DNA of 64,000 nt, from positions 9,842,844 to 9,906,843 of the forward strand of contig CM082588.2 in the NCBI GenBank assembly GCA_040954595.2, written 5' to 3'. Below are positions 9,814-21,462 of this stretch, piece after piece (within the stretch, counting starts at the first letter, position 1; each line of letters starts with the position of its first letter). A program made the translations under genes and the position numbers. The notes under the pieces are model-generated. The model was not told the DNA's origin, searched no databases, and saw only the letters and a program-made list of their open reading frames with translations. This stretch comes from Balanoglossus misakiensis. Its lineage: Eukaryota; Animalia; Hemichordata.

Positions 9814-12800
9814 GAAACCATCAAAGAAGATGAAAGCGACTATACTTTTTAAGCAGTCTTCTTACAAAAAAAGCCTTACGGCAAATAACAAGAAAAAGCT
9901 AGTCTGCCAGATGACAAATTCATGAATGGATTGCTGAACAGGTAATGTGATGAGCCTCATAAATTGCAATTCAATGTTTGACATTGTTGCAAGACTTAAT
10001 CTTCACACTATTTTTTTGTGTTTCAGAAATCTTAGCAAAGAGCGATAATCCCAGTCTCTGTTATATTCTTTTTTTCCAAAATCACAATTCGTGGATAGTG
10101 GACTATATATCATTGTTTGAAGCTTTGACACCGGAGCAAACACAACTATATATAAACATATATACAAACATTTTGAAAATTAATGTGATGCATGATGCAA
10201 CAGTAACTTGTTAATACCTATGCATAATGCTTCCCTTGTGTGTATTGCCTTGATGAGAAATCTATCACTACACTAATAAGATTTGATCTTTACTTTAAAG
10301 ATTAGGAAAGAAATGAGCAGTTTTGGCAGGGTCGAGAGCAGACTAAAACAGCCACTGAGTAAGGAAACAGCTTCAGAGTTTTCGTGGCAGGAAATGCTGG
10401 AGGAAACATCAAAGCACCTGCCATTTTTTCACAATAATTTAGTTTGCAGACATGTGTGAACTATACAGTAAAATGTTTTGAAAAAAAACACTATGTTTAT
10501 ACAGACAGCTAGCACTTTGTAAAAATTTACCCCAGTAACCCAACTACATGTACATGTGTATACAGTGTATCTAAGTGTGTACCTGCACATGCTAGTGAAG
10601 TGCCCATTCATCATAGGGCAGTGGTGACTTTATTGTTTTTGGAATAATTCATAATTGTTGTTGCCTTCCAGAGTGACTTTGGTGGAAATGAAGCCGAAGC
10701 AATAGCAGAACAAGAACCAAATGTTGGAGGATATGACACTAGGCACAGTGGAGTACGACAACGACTGTTTGTGAATGAAACAGATAACAATGATGACATT
10801 GTTGAAGGAATGCATCCATTGACTCTGCAAAAATGTAAGAACCAGTCTTTCCATTCCTTTAATATATAGATTTCTGCGTAACATTGGAACAACTTTTGTC
10901 AAACTTGGCATAAGTATGGCATGCATATATGCATGTCAATTTATTTTGTGAGATATTCAAATATGGCTACCAGGTATATCTCCTTCCAGATAAGTGGCAT
11001 ATCATGTTGTACCTGTCACAAACATGATTATAAACAATGACTGCCATCAGCACAATGAATATGAGTTCAGTGAACCATATCTTCCTATCTTAGAGGTGCC
11101 TGTGTCATTAATCGATGACTTGTTACTTTTGTGATTCATGGTTGACTTTATTTGATTCCTGTTTTGTCTTAACAGGTTCTGGATATGCCTTATGTTGGGA
11201 CAATATCCAAACACTTAGTGTTGCAAGATATCAGTCCAGTCAACGGCAAAATACATTTCTTATGTGGGCATTGTCCTTTGCTGCTGTGAATTCGAGTCAG
11301 TTTCCGGGAATTGGACCAACTGGATACAGAGCCGACAAAGAAAGCAGCTGACCTCAGTATGGAATGTATCCTGCCATCTGCGCGTGATTGGGATTCACTG
11401 AGAACTAGAATGGAACTGTTAGTGACCAAAATCCTATGTAAACACATGGGTTATTTTGCTGAACTGACAGATATGGTACAAGACTACATCCCACATCAAT
11501 TCATTGAAGAATCCAAGAATAAGAGTACAATTTTAAGTGCTGTCCAAATTATGATAATCTTAATAGAATGTTTATATAAGTATGTGTGAACTTTATATTA
11601 CTTTGTAAGATTGTGTGAAACTGTCATTGATACTGAAAACACTTCAAGTTAGAACATCAAATTCAAGTCTAAAATAAACATGAAACATTAAAAAAATTAG
11701 TTTTTTTTTATGGAACTTTAAAAACTGCATGATTGAGCTCATGTGTATGTATACAATGTAATTACTGTCCAATGATCAATACTTTAGTTGTAAAATTCAT
11801 GGTTATTTTCAGATCAACTTAGGGGTCATCAGAGAAAATCCTGCCAGTAACAAAGGAGTTATTGCGATAATGAAACATTTAAAGCAGTATGTGCCAACAA
11901 GAACAGAAGGTCAACCATACACAATTCTGTGCCATGGTGATCAACTCTCTGCAGAGAGAATGGCAGAAGCCCGGCAGGCAATGGCACTTAATGAGGAACC
12001 CACTGACAGATTAATTAGTCTTGAACCTAACTGTCAGGATTTCCATGAACGGTGCATAATTATGCAGGTAAAAACATTGTACTAAGCTGTGCAAGGTATA
12101 TTTGTTTTAGGTTCTCAGTAATTAATTTCCTTGGCTGAATTGCTTACCGTGTTAATCTAGGAGTAGAACAATCATTGTTATTTATTTATTTTCAGGATAC
12201 AATGGATCTTCTGTTCACTGGAAAAAGTGCGAATCAAGAGGGTACACTTTTGTATCTGAAAACTGTGTTTAACCATCGATATGTGAAGAAAAAGATCACA
12301 GACTGCATCAATCATGTGGATAATTTGTTGAATTTCACAACTGAAGCTATGGTAGTTTTGGCTGCAATGAAAGTTCTACAGGTAGATGACATTGACGAAA
12401 TACACGAAAACGCACCTGGAGACAAAGTGGATCACCTGAAGGCTTTAGCTTCAGATGTTGTGTTGATGGTTTGGCTAATCATAGACTACAGGTCCATAAA
12501 AGAAGTGTTCACAGCTAATGATGGTGATGAGGATGATAGAGAATTCTGTATATGTGGCAGTACCGAGGGTTAGTGTCTGTCATTTATATATTAATATGCC
12601 ATTACTTGGACCATATATTTGTTGCAATGACATGTAACTCACACTGAAAACAATGTACTATGCTACCTATTTTTTAATTTTTTTTTTTTTTTTGGGGGGG
12701 GGGATCACATAAACTGCATTCACTGGGGAGTAAGTTATGTGAATTTTTAGCCCACAATGAGGAGCTTATAATTTGGGTTGAACCTATCTAAACATCTGTG

Positions 12801-15147
12801 CGTGTTGTGCGTGTGTGCCTGTGTGTGTGTGTCTGTCTGTCTGTCTGTCTCTCCATCTGTGTCCAGCGGTATCTCCAATATATAATATTTGGTCAGTTAC
12901 AACCAAACCCGCAAATATAACACAGAGCAGTTTGTGACACTGTTATGACTGTCCATACACATTTTGGATGATTTTATAATCAATTACTGTGAAGTGGTCT
13001 ATGGATTTTATCACTCAACCTTGAGAGTAGTAGCTATGTAACTTTTTTTAATGTCATGCAGTCAATATAGTCAGCGAATAAAATGTGCTCTTCTCTATCA
13101 TGTTTTTATTTCAGATTTGCCAGATTCGCCATGGATTGAATGTTCAGCAATGGGTAACTGTCACAAGGGTCGTTGGTACCATTGCCAGTGCATGGACATA
13201 GATCAAGGGGACATACCTGAAGGAGATTGGTGGTGTTCTGGAAATTGTGAGCAATACTCAATATACTGCTGCAAACAGGCTAAACCAGGAGCTGAGTGGA
13301 TTGGTTGCTCTAATGAAGAAAACTGCTTGAATGGAGAATAGTTTCACTTAGAGTGCAAGGGATTAACAATTATACCTGGTATGAATTTCTAGTTTTACAT
13401 ACAAACATAAGCAACCCTGTTTGTGATAGTAAAATTCTGAAAATATTCAATGGTGGCCTTTTTCTCATGCATTTTTATGTATTTGTAACTTTACATGTAG
13501 TAGTCTGTGAGAATGGCTTGAAATCAACATCCTATACTACATGAGCAGAATTGTTTTACCATCAATATGAGGATAAACATATTGGTATGAAATGATATCC
13601 TATGATACAGCTGACACTTTCTAATTGTTCGTAAATCTTGGGTTTTACTTCAATTTTTGAGGGTGACTGGTTTTGCAGCAATGAATGCAAAAGTGTGCAG
13701 CGTGGCAGTACAGCAAACATTGACCAAGTGGCTGAATACACAAGATGCTTGACATGGCGTGGGTTATATCAACTTGCTCACAAAGATGCTGAGAGACATG
13801 CTGATGGCGAGGGGATTATCTCAAACTGGAGACTGGATTTGTTACAGTTTTGGTGTAATAACCATTACAAATATTTGATTCAAGGTCACAGGTTATTAGC
13901 TGGTAAGATAACTATCTAATCAGGACCCCTCTGCATTGATGGCAGATTTTCCACTTCAAGTCAAAAGTGACAATGTGAATAGAATTCTACCTGTATATTG
14001 AGGCACCTCTTTCTTACAGATTTTTTTTTGCTTCCTGAGGATGTTCATAATAGACAGACTTCAATCCATTGATAATAATTATACGAAGAATTAATACAAA
14101 CGTGGAAAAGAGAGTTTATTGACAACATTAAGAATTAAGACATAACATGTACAGGATTGACAAGTAAGATAAAACCGATGAGGTAAATAAATTAAAACAT
14201 TTCCTTTCCCAGGAGTAAATGGGTGGTTGCCAAAGAGACTCTCAGAAGAAATCAAGTGGAACCGAACAGTAAATATCCATGGAGACATTTGCAATACTGT
14301 GGCTTTGGATCTGGCCAATGAATTCTTGAATAACGAATTCAAACGTAGGTATTACAAATAGTCCTTCATGTCATTAACATGTCTGATGGAACCAGCAAAT
14401 TTTACACTGGGCTGCAGTGGATATTTTGGTGTAAATTTTCTCAATGAAATTGAAATTTTGATTTCAACCCACAGTCTAAGCTTCATCAGGGATTTTGAGC
14501 TCAATAAACAGTATCGTGTTCCCCTCAGTACATGGTATAAATACATGTATAAAGTTTACGGTAAAGAAAAACTATATTTGGTTAACCTCCGAATAGGACA
14601 AGAAAGTAGGACAAAAGTTCTTGTTTTTGGACATGTCAAGCTCTTTTGTTTTTCCTGTAATTAATGACTTTGGTGAAATTTGATTTATTTGCTTTCTCAA
14701 AAATATGTGAAAATTTTGTAATATATTTATTACAATATGCCAATTATGATACCTAGAGTATTTATTTAGTAAATTTTGGTTCAATTTTTTGTCTCAGAAA
14801 ATCCGAAGCGCTGTCTTGGTCAATACAATGATACACAAGTGGCAAGATGCTCAAGACTTGTTGGTTCGCTTGGAAAGTCAATGGAGAAATTGTATTTTGA
14901 TCAATTAGCAGACAAGTACCAATACACACCACATACCACCACTGGCGACACAACTAAAGATGTGAGAAAGTGTGTTAATATGTATAAATTAAAGGATTTA
15001 TTTACAATAAAGCCGAACAGGGAGCAAAAGGCATTCTCAAAGTTTACACATGAAATATCTGTGAAAAATCCTGAAAACCTAAAAGCAAGGTTTGTTAAGT
15101 ACTCTAAACAACTGGATGCTGAAAAAAGATTACTGTTGCTACAGTAA
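9814..15147 (+). pseudogene. Spliced, decayed Academ-family (AcademHP-like, DUF6589-type) transposase with tandem PHD fingers
   Basis: Approximate exons: 10300-10430 (IRKEM...FSWQEMLEE..HLPF), 11176-11532 (LCWDNIQ, first Asp), 11813-12067 (HGDQLSAERM, DFH), 12196-12568, 13115-13378, 13660-13902, 14213-14344 (WNRTVN...ALDLANEFLN), 14798-15147; splice phases are compatible. Lesions: +1 frameshift near 11290, TAG at 13339, donor mutated to TT at 11533, acceptor mutated near 13659. The 5' exons are poorly defined. Confidence 0.75.
12744..12960 (+). mobile_element. Non-autonomous Helentron-type (HINE/DINE-1-like) fragment in an intron
   Basis: TTTTTAGCCCAC start, short inverted segment, then (GT)n(GTCT)n microsatellite; 3' boundary uncertain. 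Confidence 0.45.
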
Positions 15148-15279
15148 AGATCAGTAAAGATACAGAAAAATGTTCTAGAATCATATATGCCATTGGCAGG
15201 CTGTAATTTAGTACTGAATATAGTTTTATGGGCCTGTCATGAACAGAAGAACCTGTGTCTAAGTAGTCCTGTTTCATAA

Positions 15280-15528
15280 GTCAGGTCCATGACATATGTA
15301 CCGACATCTGTGATTGGTCCATCTGGTAATCTTAGGTCCACTTGCGGCACGCTGATTGGAGGGACCTTATGTGTTAGGTCTTATCATTATGTATTATTCA
15401 CTAGACCTTGTAGGTTAGGTCTTATTACTATGTATTATTCACTTTACAGCTCCTTGATTGGTTAATGTGTAGGTCTGGTCCTCCAGTGTTCACTGCCTCA
15501 TTATGCAGGACCTTGTAGGTTAGGTCTA
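15280..15528 (+). mobile_element. Probable right terminus / subterminal repeats of the Academ-like element
   Basis: Repeated GACCTTGTAGGTTAGGTC and AGGTC motifs plus a duplicated TTAGGTCTTAT..TATGTATTATTCAC; ends ...AGGTCTA (TAGACC on the minus strand), fitting YR Academ termini. Confidence 0.55.
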
Positions 15529-16942
15529 TCTATGTGTTCTGCGCCTCCCAACAGAATTCCGTAAATACACGAGGCTGTTTGGAAGCAACCATGGAAATTT
15601 TAGAACTATCTCTCGATCTACAGAGTCTTTAGTGGAAAACTTTCTTATGCACATAGGCCTATCTATGTGTTCTGTGCCTCACAACATCGGCAAATAAACG
15701 AGGCTGTTTGGAAACAACCATGGAAATTTTAGAACTATCCGTTGATCTAAAGTTGAAAAGTTTCTTATGCGCATAGGCCTATCTATGTGTTCAGCGCATC
15801 ACAACAGAATTGTGTAAATGAACGAGGCTGTGTTTGGAAGCAACCATGGAAATTTTAGAACTATCTCTCGATCTACAGAGTCTAGTGGAAAACTTTATTA
15901 TGCACATAGGCCTATCTATGTGTTCTGTGCCTCACAACATCGGTAAATAAACGAGGCTGTTTGGAAGCAACCATGGAAATTTTACAACTATCCGTCGATC
16001 TACAGAGTCTGGTGGAAAACTTTCTTATGCGCATAGGCCTATCACGTGTTCTGCGCCTCACAACAGAATGTTGTAAACAAACGAGGCTGTGTTTGGAAGC
16101 AACCATGGTAATTTTAGAACTATCCGTCGATCTACGGAGTCTAGTGGAAAACTTTCTTATGCGCATAGGCATATCTATGTGTTCTACGCATCACAACAGA
16201 ATTCGGTACATAAACGAGGCTGTTTGGAAGCAACCATGGAAATTTTAGAACTATCTCTTGATCTACAGAGTCTAGTGGAAAACGTTCTTATGCACATAGG
16301 CCTATCTATGTGTTCTGCGCCTCACAACAGAATTCGGTATATAAACGAGGCTGTGTTTGGAAGCAACAATGGAAATTTTAGAACTATTCGTCGATCTACA
16401 GAGTCTAGTGGAAAATGTTCTTATGCGCATAGGCATATCTATGTGTTCTACGCATCACAACAGAATTCGGTACATAAACGAGGCTATTTGGAAGCAACCA
16501 TGGACATTTTAGAACTATCTCTTGATCTACAGAGTCTAGTGGAAAACGTTCTTATGCACATAGGCCTATCTATGTGTTTTGCGCCTCACAACAGAATTCG
16601 GTATATAAACGAGGCTGTGTTTGGAAGCAACCATGGAAATTTTAGAACTATCCGTCGATCTACAGTGTCTAGTGGAAAACGTTCTTATGCGCATAGGCCT
16701 ATCTATGTGTTCTGCGCTTCACAACAGAATTTTGTAAACAAATGAGGCAGTGTTTGGAATCAACCATGGAAATTTTCGAACTATCTCTCGATCTACAGAG
16801 TCTAGTGGAAACATTTCTTATGCGCATAGGCCTATCATGTGTTATGCGCCTCACAACAGAAATCGGTAAATAAACGAGGCTGTTTGGAAGCAACCATGGA
16901 AATTTTATAACTATCTCTCGATCTACAGAGTCTAGTGGAAAA

Positions 16943-17420
16943 CTAATTAATACTGGGGCAAATATTACTGTAGCTCCTATTCGGTTGTTAGAGCTAGTAC
17001 CCGCTCTTAAGAATTATCCGATGTTCAAGTCCAGATATAATTGTGTACAACCGGCAAACGAAGACAAATTGAAGGTATTTGGATTTATGAAAATACCTGC
17101 TTTTATTGGGAATAAGCGTGTATTACTGTATGTTAATTTAGTTGAGTCTCTTCAGCATAATCTGATTTTGGGACTTGATTTTATGAAGCGTTATAGAGCT
17201 GTTATTGATTTCATGGGTAATATTTTAAGATTACAATCAGACGTACCGTTAAGAACCAATGTTGATGTTAACATTCCACCTGGAAATGAAACGGATATTC
17301 CAGTGAAAGTACCGTATAATTATCTTACTGGAGTTTTAGGTTGTATTTCTGATAAACGAACACGCTTAACCCCGGGTATTTTGGTAGCTAAGCCTATTCG
17401 AATAAGAATTTTCTTCCCAT
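16943..17420 (+). pseudogene. Gypsy retropepsin fragment captured in the satellite, copy 1 (478 bp, catalytic Asp replaced by Asn); other long copies at 19631-20108 and 22879-23356
   Basis: Translates LINTGANITV...LILGLDFMKRYRAVIDF...LRTNVDVNIPPGNE...GILVAK: retroviral-type aspartic protease (D-T-G and ILG.DF motifs) plus downstream linker. Confidence 0.88.
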
Positions 17421-20400
17421 ACGTGTTCTGCGCCTCACAACAGAATTCGGTAAACAAACGAGGCTGTGTTTGGAAGCAACCGTGGAAATTTTAGAACTAT
17501 CTCTCGATCTACAGAGTCTGGTGGAAAACGTTCTTATGCGCATAGGCCTATCATGTGTTCTGCGCCTCACAACAGAATTCGGAAATAAACGAGGCTGTTT
17601 GGAAGCAACCATGGAAAGTTTAGAACTATCTCTCGATCTATAGAGTCTAGTGGAAAACGTTCTTATGCACATAGGCCTATCTATGTGTTCTGCGCCTCAC
17701 AACAGAATTCCTTAAATAAACGAGGCTGTTTGGAAGCAACCATGGAAATCTTACAACTATCCGTCGATCTATAGAGTCTAGTGGAAAACGTTCTTATGCG
17801 CATAGGCCTATATATGTGTTCTGCGCATCACAACAGAATTTTGTAAACAAACGAGGCTGTTTGGAAGCAACCATGGAAAGTTTCGAACTATCTCTCGATC
17901 TACAGAGTCTATAGTGGAAAACTCTCTTATGCACATATGCCTATATATGTGTTCTACGCCTCAAAACAGAATTCCTTAAATAAACGAGGCTGTTTGGAAG
18001 CAACCATGGAAATCTTACAACTATCCGTCGATCTATAGAGTCTAGTGGAAAACGTTCTAATGCGCATAGGCCTATATATGTGTTCTGCGCATCACAACAG
18101 AATTTTGTAAACAAACGAGGCTGTTTGGAAGCAACCATGGAAAGTTTCGAACTATCTCTCGATCTACAGAGTCTATAGTGGAAAACTCTCTTATGCACAT
18201 ATGCCTATATATGTGTTCTACGCCTCAAAACAGAATTCCTTAAATAAACGAGGCTGTTTGGAAGCAACCATGGAAATCTTACAACTATCCGTCGATCTAT
18301 AGAGTCTAGTGGAAAACGTTCTTATGCGCATAGGCCTATATATGTGTTCTGCGCATCACAACAGAATTTTGTAAACAAACGAGGCTGTGTTTGGAAGCAA
18401 TCATGGAAATTTTAAAACTATCTCTCGATCTACAGAGTCTATAGTGGAAAACTTTCTTATGCACATATGCCTATCTATGTGTTCTGCGCCTCCCAACAGA
18501 ATTCCGTAAATACACGAGGCTGTTTGGAAGCAACTATGGAAATTTTAGAACTACATGTATCCGTCGATCTACAGAGTCTGGTGGAAAACTTTCTTATGCG
18601 CATAGGCCTATCACGTGTTCTGCGCCTCACTACAGAATTCGGTAAATAAACGAGGCTGTTTGGAAGCAACTATGGAAATTTTAGAACTATCCGTTGATCT
18701 ACAGAGTCTAGTGGAAAAATTTCTTATGCGCATAGGCCTATCATGTGTTCTGCGCCTCACAACAGAAATCGGTAAATAAACGAGGATGTTTGGAAGCAAC
18801 CATGGAAATTTTAGAATTATCCGTCGATCTACGGAGTCTAGTGGAAAACTTTCTTATGCGCATAGGCCTATCTATGTGTTCTGCGCCTCACAACAGAATT
18901 CGGTAAATAAACGAGGCTGTTTGGAAGCAACCATGGAAATTTTAGAACTATCCGTCGATCTACAGAGTCTAGTGGAAAACTTTCTTATGCGCATAGGCCT
19001 ATCTATGTGTTCTGCGCCTCACAACAGAATTCGGTAAATAAACGAGGCTGTTTGGAAGCAACCATGGAAATTTTAGAACTATCCGTCGATCTACGGAGTC
19101 TAGTGGAAAACTTTCTTATGCGCATAGGCCTATCTATGTGTTCTGCGCCTCACAACAGAATTCGGAAATAAACGAGGCTGTTTGGAAGCAACCATGGACA
19201 TTTTAGAACTATCTCTCGATCTACAGAGTCTAGTGGAAAACTTTCTCATGCGCATAGGCCTATTACGTGTTCTGCGCCTCACAACAGAATTCGGTAAATA
19301 AACGAGGCTGTTTGGAAGCAACCATGGAAATTTTAGAACTATCTCTTGATCTACAGAGTCTAGTGGAAACATTTCTTATGCGCATAGGCCTATCATGTGT
19401 TATGCGCCTCACAACAGAATTCGGTAAATAAACGAGGTTGTTTGGAAGCAACCATGGAAATTTTAGAACTATCTCTTGATCTACAGAGTCTAGTGGAAAC
19501 ATTTCTTATGCGCATAGGCCTATCATGTGTTATGCGCCTCACAACAGAAATCGGTAAATAAACGAGGCTGTTTGGAAGCAACCATGGAAATTTTATAACT
19601 ATCTCTCGATCTACAGAGTCTAGTGGAAAACTAATTAATACTGGAGCAAATATTACTGTAACTCCTATTCGGTTGTTAGAGCTAGTACCCGCTCTTAAGA
19701 ATTATCCGATGTTCAAGTCCAGATATAATTGTGTACAACCGGCAAACGAAGACAAATTGAAGGTATTTGGATTGATGAAAATACCTGCTTTTATTGGGAA
19801 TAAGCGTGTATTACTGTATGTTAATTTAGTTGAGTCTCTTCAGCATAATCTGATTTTGGGACTTGATTTTATGAAGCGTTATAGAGCTGTTGTTGATTTC
19901 ATGGGTAATATTTTAAGATTACAATCAGACGTACCGTTAAGAACCAATGTTGATGTTAACATTCCACCCGGAAATGAAATGGTTATTCCAGTGAAAGTAC
20001 CGTATAAATATCTTACTGGAGTTTTAGGTTGTATTTCTGATAAACGAACACGCTTAACCCCGGGTATTTTGGTAGCTAAGCCTATTCGAATAAGAATTTT
20101 CTTCCCATGCGTGTTCTGCGCCTCACAACAGAATTCGGTAAATAAACGAGGCTGTTTGGAAGCAACCTTGGAAATGTTAGAACTATCCGTCGATCTACAG
20201 AGTCTGGTGGAAAACGTTCTTATGCGCATAGGCCTATCATGTGTTCTGCGCCTCACAACAGAATTCGGAAATAAACGAGGCTGTTTGGAAGCAACCATGG
20301 AAATTTTAGAACTATCTCTCGATCTACAGAGTCTATAGTGGAAAACTTTCTTATGCACATATGCCTATATATGTGTTCTGCGCCTCAAAACAGAATTCCG

Positions 20401-21004
20401 TAAATAAACGGGGCTGTTTGGAAGCAAACATGGAAATTCTAGAACTTTCTCTCGATCTACAGAGTATAGTGGAAAACGTTCATATGCGCATAGGCCTATC
20501 ATGTGTTATGCACATCACAACAGAATTTTGTAAACAAACGAGGCTTTGTTTGGAAGCAACAATGGAAATTTTAGAACTATCCGTCGATCTACGGAGTCTA
20601 GTGGAAAACTTTCTTATGCGCATAGGCCTATCTATGTGTTCTGCGCATCACAACAGAATTTTGTAAACAAACGAGGCTTTGTTTGGAAGCAACCATGGAA
20701 TTTTTAGAACTATCTATCGATCTACAGAGTCTAGTGGAAAACGTTCTTATGCGCATAGGCCTATGTATGTGTTCTGCGCATCACAACAGAATTTTGTAAA
20801 CAAAGGAGGCTGTGTTTGGATGCAACCATGGAAATTTTCGAACTATCTCTCGATCTACAGAGTCTAGTGGAAACATTTCTTATGCGCATAGGCCTATTAT
20901 GTGTTCTGCGCCTCACAACAGAAATCGGTAAATAAACGAGGCTGTTTGGAAGCAACCATGGAAATTTTATAACTATCTCTCGATCTACAGAGTCTAGTGG
21001 AAAA

Positions 21005-21462
21005 CTAATTGATACTGGAGCAAATATTACTGTAGCTCCTATTCGGTTGTTAGAGCTAGTACCCGCTCTTAAGAATTATCCGATGTTCAAGTCCAGATAT
21101 AATTGTGTACAACCGGCAAACGAAGACAAATTGAAGGTATTTGGATTGATGAAAATACCTGCTTTTATTGGGAATAAGCGCGTAAAACTGTATGTTAATT
21201 TAGTTGAGTCTCTTCAGCATAATCTGATTTTGGGACTTGATTTTATGAAGCGTTATAGAGCTGTTATTGATTTCATGGGTAATATTTTAAGATTACAATC
21301 AGACGTACCGTTAAGAACCAATGTTGATGTTAACATTCCACCTGGTGAAAGTACCGTATAAATATCTTACTGGAGTTTTAGTTTGTATTTCTGATAAATG
21401 AACACGCTTAACCCCGGGTATTTTGGTAGCTAAGCCTATTCGAATAAGAATTTTCTTCCCAT
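21005..21462 (+). pseudogene. Retropepsin fragment, short variant (458 bp, LIDTGA intact, 20-bp deletion); further copies start at 24253, 28492, 29582, 30670, 31758, 32846 and 36426
   Basis: CTAATTGATACTGGAGCA = LIDTGA; deletion CCACCTGG^TGAAAG gives ...NIPPGESTV*; identical 104-aa ORFs in the ORF track. Confidence 0.88.

Noticed and set aside
18897-18917. CENP-B box in TTCGGTAAATAAACGAGG
   Set aside because: Spacing between TTCG and CG is 1-2 nt too long and CGGG is not matched.
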